Of a DNA stretch of 64,000 nt, positions 57,801 to 64,000 are shown piece by piece. Both the position numbers and the translations under genes were made by a program. This DNA comes from Rubripirellula sp. (GTDB lineage: Bacteria; Planctomycetota; Planctomycetia; Pirellulales; Pirellulaceae), in NCBI GenBank assembly GCA_965216875.1, contig OZ244207.1, positions 8,000,001 to 8,064,000 of the forward strand, given 5' to 3'. Under the pieces are notes generated by a model. That model saw only the letters and a list, made by a program, of their open reading frames with translations. It had not been told where the DNA came from and made no database searches. How positions within the stretch are numbered: the first letter of the stretch is position 1; each line of letters opens with the position of its first letter.

Positions 57801-60789
57801 CATTTGCATAGCGACCGTCGGTATGAATGGGCTGATCAGCAAGCCGCTTTTGAATGATGGGGCCGTCATAGGGTATCTGCGAGATCGACGCACTCATGCC
57901 ACTGCTGTGAAGCTCTTCGGCGAGCCGGTCTTCAAAGTATTCGATCGGCAGTTGGTCGGACGTCGCGATGTAATCAAACTCATCAAATTCGCCGTTCGGA
58001 CCCGTGAGGGTCAATTCGATTCCGCTTTGGCGGTTCTTCAACTTGAACGACGGGTCGATATCAATCCACTGAAGGCCTTCGTCGGTAGGGACCTTTGCTC
58101 TGACCCACGCGTGAGTGATCTCGGTAATTCCATTTCCAAGGTTCGTAACACCACTACCCGAGAGTGCGTTGAAAAGAAGCAATCGTGCTGCGTGGTGCTC
58201 GCGGGTGCCCAGCCAATCTTGGAGTTCGTCATCGCCAAACTGGACGTCGCCGGTGACGATTTCCGCTTCGATGCCGATCTCGGCGAGCTTGTTAACAAGT
58301 AAAGCGGACTGGTCCCATGGATTCCCTCGTTGAGTCTCCTCTGTCGCCTGAGGTCCCTTCATAAAGCCTGGGTAGAGCTGCATCTCGACGTTGTTGTAGA
58401 CGTCCAAGAAGGCGTTGGTGGTCGCTTGGTAAGGCCCGTCACCATCCACCGGCTCTTGGCCAAGTGATTCGCTGTAGAAGCCGTCGAACCAATCGCCCCA
58501 GTCGGAGTCAACGGTGTCGAATGTCAGGTTCCCACTGGATGAATCGATATGAGAGGTGCTGACATGCCAAGCCGGAGCTGCCGCATTGTCTTGGCTGGGC
58601 GATGTATCGTTGGCAAGCGACGGATTGGTCGAGGCAACGAGGTCGTCGCGTCCGTCGCGATTGACGTCCACAACGAAAAGGTTGCCTCGAAATGCATTGG
58701 ATTGGTGTTCGTGCGACAGCCCTGCCGTAAGCAGTTGCGGTGTTCCGGTTGCTCCGAGTCCGAGTACCCGCCATCGACTATCGTCGACGGATCCATCATT
58801 GGTGATGCTGTCTTTGCGACCGATCAACTCTTCTCTGCCGTCACCATCAAAATCACCAACGAGTACTTCCTCGTCATGCCAGTCGGGACTGAGACTGGTC
58901 GAATAGGGGACGAAGCTCGTTGTGTCTGAAATCGCGATCGTCCATTGCCCCGTCGGATCGCGATACGCAAGATCATCGCGGCCGTCACCATTAAAGTCTG
59001 CGGCACGCCAGGTTTCGGCCGCCGCCGCTAGGCTTAGTACTCTAACACCATCGCTAGAAACAACGTCAAGTGTCGATGCTTTGTAGGACAGCGACTCTAT
59101 CCTGCCGTCTCCGTCAAAGTCGCCCTCCACGGCAAGTTCGTGTTCGTCAAGCTTGTCGGGCGCGATGCCAGACGCGAGCTTTGCGATGGCATTAGCGGAA
59201 AGTGGAACGCCAAAAATTGCGAAATCGTCAATGTACCCGTCGCCACCTGCACCCAAGTGGCCGCCCACAAACAGGGCTGTAAAGTCGGTTGGCAGCAGTG
59301 CCGCGGTGGTATCCGAAGCAACAAGGTGCCCATCGATCCAAATCGACTTGTCCGAACCATCTTGAACAAAGGCAAAGTGCCGCCATTGACCCGGCAAATC
59401 GACTGGGCTGTCGAGGCTCAGGCTCTGGCCCGGGTTTTGGAATCCTGCCGTATCGAAGTAGAGTCGGTTGTCACCGTAAGGTGCTCTGATCGCCAAGCCA
59501 ATGCCAGAGTCGCCAGAAGGAGCTTCGCCAAATACGGTTACAGCATCTCCAAGGGAGTCGATTTGCTGCCAGTACGAGATTGTGAGCCCGTTTGTCAAAC
59601 CAGTATTCAAGAAGCTAGCGTCATTGATCACGCTGTAGCCAGATCGGGTGTTCAGAGCATAATCACCGACCTTGCCAGATCTTCCCCCAGTGTTGTGAGA
59701 GTGTTCGGCTCCGACAAAGTCAGCGGTTGCGTTGTTGTATGTGCTTCGAGCACTGTCAGCCGAGCTGGCGTCGTTGTAGTCGAAATAGGCAATCAGCTCG
59801 AAATCTGTCTTGACTGACACTTTGGCAGGCGTGTGGAGCGTGCCGTCCGTTACCCATACATAGAACTCGTCGTCCCCTTCGAAACCGGAGTTGGGTGTGT
59901 AGGAGAACGACCCGTCCGTTGCGACAGTGCCTGGCTGAAGCGTGCCGTTCGCTGGCGGCGTATTACTGAGAACCGACAACGCCAACCCCAATGGATGCGA
60001 GTCGTTTGTGAGCACGCCGTCAGATGAAGCAATCGTGATCTGATTACCATGAGTGCCGTATGCGTCGTCTACGGACGTTGGCGCATCCTCAGGCGAGCTG
60101 GCGGAAGTGCCGTAATTTGGCTGGAACTGGGCATAGTCGAATAAGTTGACGACGCCATTGCCCTCATAGTCAAAGACGGGGTTAAAGTTGGGGTGCGAGG
60201 AAACGTAACCGTAGGTGGATCGGAACGCGGCGAAGTCAAACAGGCTAACAATCCCGTCACCATCGCTATCCCCGAACAGCCTGAATAGCTGATGTTGCGA
60301 TTTGGTGCCGTAGATGAAGTCATCACCTCCAACACCATCGCCATTGCCGTCCAACGCGATTCCGTCGGCAGTAACCAATGAAGAATTGATTCGAAGCTGA
60401 TAAATACCATCGGTCAGTGAAGCGGGAGATGTCCCGCGGTCTTGCACGCTCGGCCCAGGCTGGAATGTTAGCGATACGACGGTTTTTCCATCGACGACAC
60501 TCGAGGATGTAACATCGGTCGCGAACTCTGCCGTGTTCATATTAGCGACAACAAATGCGTCGCCGCCGCTGATTGACACCTCGGAATCGAATACGACAGA
60601 AATCTCGGTCAGATGCGACCGATGTGTGTCGCCTCCATTGATTTCGACCAGTTCAATTTGCGGTGCAATGTTTGCGGCAAGTAGCGAGCGTGACTCCAGT
60701 CGCTCCAAGAACGCTTTGCGTTTCTTTCGGTTTTTGCGTGCTGTAAGTGCATATTTTGACCGCAGAAGTCCGTTTCGTGGTTTGCGCAT
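48841..60789 (-). CDS. Giant Rhs/YD-repeat polymorphic toxin (3982 aa)
   Basis: LERLESRSLLAA N-terminus; dockerin-like, Ig, LamG, FG-GAP (GDFDGDGR), transglutaminase-like, DUF6531 (GDPVNVLNGN), many YD repeats, core ARWYD...GRFISEDP...NLYSY...DPSG, ~415-aa C-terminal extension. Confidence 0.95.
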   Translation of the reverse strand: MRKPRNGLLRSKYALTARKNRKKRKAFLERLESRSLLAANIAPQIELVEINGGDTHRSHLTEISVVFDSEVSISGGDAFVVANMNTAEFATDVTSSSVVDGKTVVSLTFQPGPSVQDRGTSPASLTDGIYQLRINSSLVTADGIALDGNGDGVGGDDFIYGTKSQHQLFRLFGDSDGDGIVSLFDFAAFRSTYGYVSSHPNFNPVFDYEGNGVVNLFDYAQFQPNYGTSASSPEDAPTSVDDAYGTHGNQITIASSDGVLTNDSHPLGLALSVLSNTPPANGTLQPGTVATDGSFSYTPNSGFEGDDEFYVWVTDGTLHTPAKVSVKTDFELIAYFDYNDASSADSARSTYNNATADFVGAEHSHNTGGRSGKVGDYALNTRSGYSVINDASFLNTGLTNGLTISYWQQIDSLGDAVTVFGEAPSGDSGIGLAIRAPYGDNRLYFDTAGFQNPGQSLSLDSPVDLPGQWRHFAFVQDGSDKSIWIDGHLVASDTTAALLPTDFTALFVGGHLGAGGDGYIDDFAIFGVPLSANAIAKLASGIAPDKLDEHELAVEGDFDGDGRIESLSYKASTLDVVSSDGVRVLSLAAAAETWRAADFNGDGRDDLAYRDPTGQWTIAISDTTSFVPYSTSLSPDWHDEEVLVGDFDGDGREELIGRKDSITNDGSVDDSRWRVLGLGATGTPQLLTAGLSHEHQSNAFRGNLFVVDVNRDGRDDLVASTNPSLANDTSPSQDNAAAPAWHVSTSHIDSSSGNLTFDTVDSDWGDWFDGFYSESLGQEPVDGDGPYQATTNAFLDVYNNVEMQLYPGFMKGPQATEETQRGNPWDQSALLVNKLAEIGIEAEIVTGDVQFGDDELQDWLGTREHHAARLLLFNALSGSGVTNLGNGITEITHAWVRAKVPTDEGLQWIDIDPSFKLKNRQSGIELTLTGPNGEFDEFDYIATSDQLPIEYFEDRLAEELHSSGMSASISQIPYDGPIIQKRLADQPIHTDGRYANATGITILGSFSDVVANPTLALNHTHRVRLVANTWSHDVIVPDAALDAMTVFVDANNQLTFTVDGNTVGSSVQLPAGTNTLQIHRARPGVSVPIGNPLQFQINDVDFGRHYHVSIDADQYSNDALIRRREAIISAGDTPTIADIEYVTQYVSSKYWYDQRRFARHAQALMHHVPYDRDVQAGLVLADDILLSGDFSHLQSPIVPRNLGVDLPGGSFGSIDIRLDESSTDLGNEELFQLTGYNASALESGVIEETINTESVSTIRGLRDAYIGDPAITGADLNSVWVIDSIDEPGGRTVYVRGELGERASEGPNHYPFQANRTNLVATSSADLKSLLPNQDPAILDEVWIKLTTNVVDTATAVIPEAHSYAGDDTSYWEGGVYVLDKSLSASVSVAQYAIQQLGGTTMNGGFSGNAVAQTLDTIKAAATHFVNYVGDPVNVLNGNMFRDDVDVVMPNKGVALNFARHYDSQSEFDVGLGVGWTHSFGDRLMQDPTKPDEMIWFTSAGVRHTFTKVGNQWQTPVELFGVLTETSGNFVYRSDTGLEHHFNGNVTAVAADTELDYVARLSSVVDRDGHGVQLDYHWFRQFELEAVHDIATTSRALRFDYDSTTTIHEVEKVVDGIVEATWTYQYDPAGTRLTSATNPEFDKVEYEYHAAGPSTGLMSRIIEADDTYHDYEYYANKRAFRVTEGVVEGQSFVPKSSHSFNYNLFTNTTEFTDENGNVTTYVHEESGRLLRHVHDDRSRVITHWGVEDGSGGIVDGTEYLMRDRSDEVGATEVFEYYNTQDFKNRRLYRATDPLGTVTEFNYVQATDIGSEHIVSQSSIHRDVGTANERSTSMQYDGAGRLTSLTDGEDNVTTFTYHSSGVNVGMLASETSARGHFDSTDTEENEAVVWRVLRDETQPTEEQRSRFQVTGDSLTIRLESVAGEGAVVADAIRIERIDQDGLGQLIRISDDNFSGPTGTFAMYTTGGDTGPVSGTGLNQYHGDAIKLTSLLVGQQNHATWSFSNLVPGFYRIATTWTTVAGADSTAAYRIYDGPDTSGSYVESVVDQTVDPSAGDHYNAFTKTFTYDAAGNVTELRQGVSTVSDSGLLIQTSQYHHTGAPELLTDGTGRSVASSYDDVGRLTKSVNLGDPLTTDDDLVSEFEYDRRGRIIQSIDPLGRGTTIEYDYRGNIVSRVDASGSKWVTTYDAKGNPVSTTDPIGRVTELVYDNRDRVIQTNLADGSTNHTSYDGLGRVVSTVDELQRKSEVTYNPRGQVTAALAAKDSSVETQVANKYDHFGDLIESIDARGNVTQYFHDDLGRIVKTMVLAAADAANADPSTSARTTANQRPIYVETTGFDSAGNAVVRIVYDTLLADDRIATSDLLADDLHQRVETGLTAVNGTLGKNVVQSIHFTFDSLGRLSQTIHADGTQRLVEYDAAGRVRFEENERGARSENVFDAFGRLNQSILPDPDGSLSQLSPIVTHEFDAAGNRVAMTDANGHVQQTVYDALDRPVQITDAVGNRSEWVYDTAGQLVASVNALGHAIASQYDSRGRVVRQSGAHPDGTSATAPPVSLSSYDDAGNLVSSVDPLGYETTFVYDELNRLVEERAQRSALVNGVVTTLAPSDDAVTRFGYDGNGNLTTTEVALGDFPGYITTTDYDELNRLVQQTLPDPDDVAGSSSNPLASLVIDYQIDGYGNVRETSESAPGVPTRVDRFEYDSRNRLTAETLNSTALSLDNDFVRNEWQYDAVGNRVASFSAVNSSDPNVNVVNRYEYDLLNRMTVQRMDAPNQSDLGRHRTEFFYDAAGNLIDETFTITSYTGTGEASVTTSYAYDDANRPIGVTSDSGGIDATATTGYDRVGNVVKRVDATGIATTFEYDALNRQVKVVHPDPTPTDGLVSDLVEHFRYDASGNLVSHTNGEGNQTDYLHDSFGNIVSQTTVMPTASDLETVFAFDERGNMTALTDPNGNQTTFVYDNLNRVTKEIQGTTETGTNTRTYQFDNRGNLDSMTDRNGRVTDYDYDGLDRKTSETFLNGSTAEQTLAWEYDKLGRLTRSYFLDDAYSQQQVYTDTFEYDALGRLVQQLNSDDASGASRGNPQLLQTYQHDDLTNYSGTGLNAYQYKQTFEPINQSIPDDNITYVDAVIEFDSLGRQILINEAAAQGQGEKSVAFGYDDAGRTTSITRHADTDNDPQTGTNGFDFYFGSQFAYDPSGRLEQIAHRRDSESASPFATYDYLYDNASRITQVDSTSSWPTLDVSRTEVAGFDDAGRLASWDYDLVDNHVSATDLSASVDRVFELDSAGNRDRVLDNGVEVANQVVGDFNRITTDGGSGPAYTYDNEGNLTGRDNGPGDYVEYVWDHRNRLVEVRQKPSAVGSATDRVRLTYSNGNLLVRKIVETQNGGGDWDISDVEHYVYQGDQLVAVLQGNWTDQTGADDTTTTDGSYKRRVLSGPATDTPIYEQEYVDPLIHGGTQSGPYWTATDHNGSVRDVLIGADELLVQHLEYDAFGDITGVFDDTESSVALDALAVDAAFAGRSWDSDVGLYNNRARWYDGGQGRFISEDPIGHAGGVNLYSYAAGDPVNFRDPSGLVLSGHPLVALGSSIGTAVNSTASSVVGSLAGYYANSQPTPSGWESVSNFAQGVGSAIGNISVGNLGAVSSQLSSAVGGFTSAASSIVQTQYAANRLHYGERYGLQHLRADQAMGFLDNKYTPQQIRALDMMFTYEAAGQRSDYLYATGGSDALSISERMALRELQGDLWNQFRAEGLDNLPINLGPLHGADAFGFESETGGIITRLRSLRSIPVGLEDAGITSIQPEFYAAGLGAGLFRAAATAGLRGVAGELAAESINAVAGAPVSLLGSGRSLLRAPSPTATVRHATPEAYAGVRQASQQLRDAGVPRHIRKQVLESFDRKAMQVRVAGDAEYGIRYFDNVNAWPKGRYLFEEFPATRNSLALPTDWNQMTHFRQFQIRPGTTIFEGPAARQGFYPGGQIQKYIADLDNLIAP

Positions 60790-61169
60790 CCTGAGCTCAA
60801 ATGATATGTGCCATGGCCGATGCGACGGCCGGTTCAGTAACTGCCTTTACCAGCACCGACATGCAGCCGGCGAGAGTTATTCTCACGATACAGGTCGTGA
60901 GCGGTCTTTGCGATAGGGCAATCGCAAAAATAAATGGCATCGACAACCCTTAATATTTAAAGGTGAAGCGACGAACTCTCTGCTCAATCCTTCCATGATG
61001 CGGAGCCGCGACAGCCGTATTCTTCCAAAAGGATTTGGTGTCGAACACCGTTATCGGATGATGAAGAACGAGATAGCAAAATGATGGACGGAAAAAACAA
61101 GAGCTGATCGCAGTCCATGTTTCTCTCCCTCTTTCCGCAGCCATTTGACGGTGTGGGCTAGGGCCCTCT

Positions 61170-61293
61170 TCGGTTGTTGCTGACAGGTTGGTTTTGGACG
61201 ACCTGGGCGCAATGCGTGTGCGGAGACTTGATCGAGATTTCCAATCGGTCTGACTTGCCAATGCATCGGCGACGTGGCGGCTGATCGTCTCGA
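61170..61293 (-). pseudogene. Diverged, frameshifted copy of the 3' end of the CobW-like GTPase gene
   Basis: Aligns to 63216-63343; encodes ETI.R.V.DALASQT.W then DQVSAHALRPGRP in another frame. Confidence 0.85.
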
Positions 61294-61344
61294 ACCGACC
61301 GGGAACTGTGGTGCAAGAAAAGACCTCCGTCCCCTGTTTTCCTC

Positions 61345-61813
61345 TGCTCGTGCACCACGGCGGGATTGGAAGCACTTCGCAAGCCATGTCAGCGGGGATT
61401 CCCCAAGTCGTTCGCCCGATGGCGTTTGACCAATTCGATAACGCAACGCGAGTCGAACACCTCGGCTGTGGTCGATGGCTCAAACGGGACAAAGATCTCA
61501 CCCAAACGATTCGACAGCTTCTCGATTCGGATGACGTCGCCAGCAACTGCGGGCGCACCGCCAAGCAAATGAACGCCACCAACGAAACCGCCGCCGCCAA
61601 AGCGGCAGCCGAGATCGCTGCAGTCTTGCTGAGGTAGGCAAAAAGATGGCGGGCAGAAAAATGAAGAGGAAGAGGGACAGAAAGATAGGAGACAGAAAAA
61701 TGAATGCCGATCGCGTGACCCCCGTCCCCTTTTCTCCATCGTCCCCAAGTGTTACTTGCTCTTAGGCCGGAGGCCGGCATATTTCTGCCGGTGGCGTGAG
61801 CCACCGGACTACG
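61345..61813 (+). repeat. ~470-bp direct duplicate of 44858-45323 (glycosyltransferase 3' end plus downstream repeats)
   Basis: Encodes LVHHGGIGST...EIAAVLLR*; near-identical to the end of the intact gene. Confidence 0.95.
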
Positions 61814-61838
61814 AGATCGCTGCAGTCTTGCAGCGTTA

Positions 61839-61985
61839 GGCAAAAAGATGGCGGGCAGGAAAAGGAAGAGGAAGAGGGACAGAAAGATAGGAGACAGAAA
61901 AATGAATGCCGATCGCTTGAAGACCAATCTCTTCGTTTTTTTGCCCATCATTTTTCTGTCGCTCTTTCCCCCGTACTCTCGGCCT
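61839..61985 (+). repeat. AG-rich repeat copy 5 with inverted arm
   Basis: Matches 45417-45560. Confidence 0.88.
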
Positions 61986-62118
61986 GCGCAGCACCGGTTT
62001 TCACCACTCGCTCCGTCCACAATTCCCCGGCTGTTTCGAATGGTATTTGCGTCGTTGGCAAACTCAGCGATAATCGGGCCGAAGTTCTAGGTCTTCCACC
62101 GTCTTTCCATTCGAACGC

Positions 62119-62352
62119 ATGAAGTTCACTACACATGAGCAGGCGCAAGCCGATGAGCAGCAGTACTGGCGCTCGAGAACGCCGGAAGAACGCATCCAAC
62201 AAGTCTTTCGGTTGCTGAGACTGAATTATGGCGATGCAGTTGACCGAAGACTGGAAAGAGTTCTTACGATTACTCGAATCCCACAAAGTGGACTACATGA
62301 TCGTCGGGGGGATTGCGGTGGCGTTTCACGGTTACCCGAGAGCGACCGGTGA
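62119..62352 (+). CDS. Small protein of the YWxSRTPEER type preceding the nucleotidyltransferase
   Basis: QYWRSRTPEERI...RRLERV; overlaps the NTase gene in another frame. Confidence 0.6.
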   Translation: MKFTTHEQAQADEQQYWRSRTPEERIQQVFRLLRLNYGDAVDRRLERVLTITRIPQSGLHDRRGDCGGVSRLPESDR

Positions 62353-62662
62353 CCTAGACATTTTCTACGCCTCTTCGTCTTCGGAACAGTTGGCAGCAGC
62401 GGTGAAAGCGTTTGGGTTTCCCGTCGATCCAAATCAGTTGGCGAAAGAACGAGTGTTAGCGCAACTTGGAAAAGAGCCGTTCAAGATCGAGTTGATGAAT
62501 TTCATTTCCGGAGTTCGTTTCGAAGAGGCAACGACGGTTCGAGGCCAAATCGACGGCGTAGCCGCAACCTTCATCTCCAAAGAATCGCTTTTGAAAAACA
62601 AAGCAAGCACCAACCACAGCGAACGCCCTCGAGACGCAGACGATCTAAACCGTTTGCAATAG
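62228..62662 (+). CDS. Nucleotidyltransferase (DUF6036/AbiEii-like)
   Basis: YMIVGGIAVAFHGYPRATGDLDIF, LLKNK.S...RP.D.DD. Confidence 0.85.
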   Translation: MAMQLTEDWKEFLRLLESHKVDYMIVGGIAVAFHGYPRATGDLDIFYASSSSEQLAAAVKAFGFPVDPNQLAKERVLAQLGKEPFKIELMNFISGVRFEEATTVRGQIDGVAATFISKESLLKNKASTNHSERPRDADDLNRLQ

Positions 62663-62695
62663 CAACTTCTTGAACCGGAAAAAACTAAACGGGCA

Positions 62696-63210
62696 TGCTG
62701 AGGTAGGCAAAAAGATGGCGGCAGAAAAATGAAGGGAAGAGGGACAGAAAGATAGGAGACAGAAAGATGAATGCCGATCGCTTGATCACCTATCTCTTTG
62801 TTTCTCGCCCACCGTTTTTCTGTCCCTCATTCCCCGTGCTCTCGGCCTGCCGAATAAGCGACAGCTGAGATTGCCGCAGTCATGGTGAGGTAGGCAAAAA
62901 GATGGCGGGCAGAAAAATGAAGAGGAAGAGGGACAGAAAGATAAGAGAGCGAAAAATGAATGCCGATCGCCTGAAGACCTATCTCTTGTTTTTTTGCCCA
63001 CCATTTTCTGTCCCGCTTTCCTCGTGCTCTCGGCCTGCCGAATAAGCGACAGCTGAGATCGCTGCGGTCATGGTGAGGTCGGCAAAAAGATGGCGGGCAG
63101 AAAATGAACAGGAAGAGGGACAGAAAGATAGGAGACAGAAAAATGAATGCCGATCGCGTAAAGACCTATCTCTATTTTTCTGCCCACCATTTTTCTGTCC
63201 CTCTTTCCCC
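62696..63210 (+). repeat. Three tandem ~187-bp units (AG-rich repeat copies at 62706, 62893, 63081), each preceded by a glycosyltransferase-end remnant
   Basis: Period 187-188 bp; GCGACAGCTGAGATYGCYGCRGTCATGGTGAGGT precedes copies 7 and 8. Confidence 0.9.
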
Positions 63211-63215
63211 AGACC

Positions 63216-64000
63216 TCAGTTGTTCGTGACTCGGTGGGTTGGCGTTGGACGGCCTGGGCGTAATGCGTGTGCGGAGACTTGATCGACGTTCCAATTGGTC
63301 TGACTTGCCAGTGCATCGATCACGTTGCGGCAGATCGTCTCGAGTTGATCGGGATCCATCGCGACTCTCGCGTTGATGGTGACCTGCATCTTTCCTGCGA
63401 CGCTGCGGCCTGCTTTGAGTCCGATGTCGATGACGCCATCGTTGGAAACGACGTTCGCGACCGCCTGTGTGTCGCCTGCCAACACGGACGTCTTTAGGTG
63501 AGCGATTTGACCGCCTGAGTCAATGACTTTAGTCGCTGCACTTGAAACGATGGTCGAGGCAACGTCGTCCAAATCGAGTTGGCTCGAGCCCGTCAGGATT
63601 GCGGAGAGATTGACCCAGCCAAGTTCGGCTTCCCCATCGGCGTAGGTGTCGTAGTCGATCGCAAGCAGGCGCCGCCCCGCTTCCATTGGCGAATCAATGT
63701 GCGTCATCACCGCATCGACACCTTCGCCTGACACAGGACTGACCGCGACCACCGGAACACCTTCGGCCACCGACGAGAGCTGACTCGAAAGCTCCTGGAT
63801 CTGCTCGGCGTCAAGCTGGTCCTTGCGGCCGATCATCACATAATCGGCCTCTTCAAGTTGTTTGCGGAAGATGTATTCCGCTTGAGGCGAAAAGCCGCTC
63901 CGTTTTCCGCTCGCTTCTCCCGCCAAGATCTTCTTGCCGTGCGAAGGTTTAAGGATCACTCCGAACGGTGCGAGTTCAAATCGATCGCCGAGCAATTGCT
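63216..64000 (-). CDS. CobW/G3E-family GTPase, C-terminal part (5' end outside the window)
   Basis: YIFRKQLEEAD, VSPVSGEGVD, DYDTYADGEAELGWVN, IAHLK. Confidence 0.7.
   Translation of the reverse strand, partial: QLLGDRFELAPFGVILKPSHGKKILAGEASGKRSGFSPQAEYIFRKQLEEADYVMIGRKDQLDAEQIQELSSQLSSVAEGVPVVAVSPVSGEGVDAVMTHIDSPMEAGRRLLAIDYDTYADGEAELGWVNLSAILTGSSQLDLDDVASTIVSSAATKVIDSGGQIAHLKTSVLAGDTQAVANVVSNDGVIDIGLKAGRSVAGKMQVTINARVAMDPDQLETICRNVIDALASQTNWNVDQVSAHALRPGRPTPTHRVTNN

Noticed and set aside
61345..61637. Glycosyltransferase 3' duplicate as a DGR template/variable repeat pair
   Set aside because: Differences are not restricted to adenines and no reverse transcriptase is present in the window.
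60950..62020. 356-aa minus-strand ORF
   Set aside because: A chimera of antisense repeat sequence, the antisense glycosyltransferase duplicate and the GTPase fragment; not a credible gene.
45150..63210. AG-rich repeat copies as a CRISPR array
   Set aside because: Units are 75-190 bp, irregularly spaced, lack unique equal-length spacers, and no cas genes are present.

Overview
This is a 64 kb chromosomal window from a planctomycete, probably Pirellulaceae. The evidence is Planctomycete-type LExLExRxLL(S/A) N-termini, DUF1559 domains, an ECF sigma/Ser-Thr kinase pair and an aroD-aroE fusion. Positions 1-45 kb are mostly housekeeping or conserved genes (argJ, ABC exporter, rpmA, infA, rplM-rpsI, class II photolyase, aroDE, aroH, floA, Tad pilins, sigma54 activator) plus a 1922-aa surface protein with three DUF1559 domains, with several REP-like palindromes between genes. 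Positions 45-63.2 kb form a variable region between a glycosyltransferase gene and a convergent CobW-like GTPase gene. It holds a 3982-aa Rhs toxin with a planctomycete export signal, a TNT/Tse6-like tip and a Tsi6-like immunity gene, orphan toxin/immunity modules, a REP-associated tyrosine transposase (RAYT) and a nucleotidyltransferase gene pair. The region is built from duplicated 3' ends of both flanking genes, eight copies of an AG-rich repeat and a recurring GTCCCC/GGGGAC junction motif that also bounds the RAYT. No integrase is present. The best candidate for a new system is a RAYT/REP-linked, integrase-free platform for capturing and swapping toxin cassettes (inference). All family assignments were made by eye from motifs; no database search was run.
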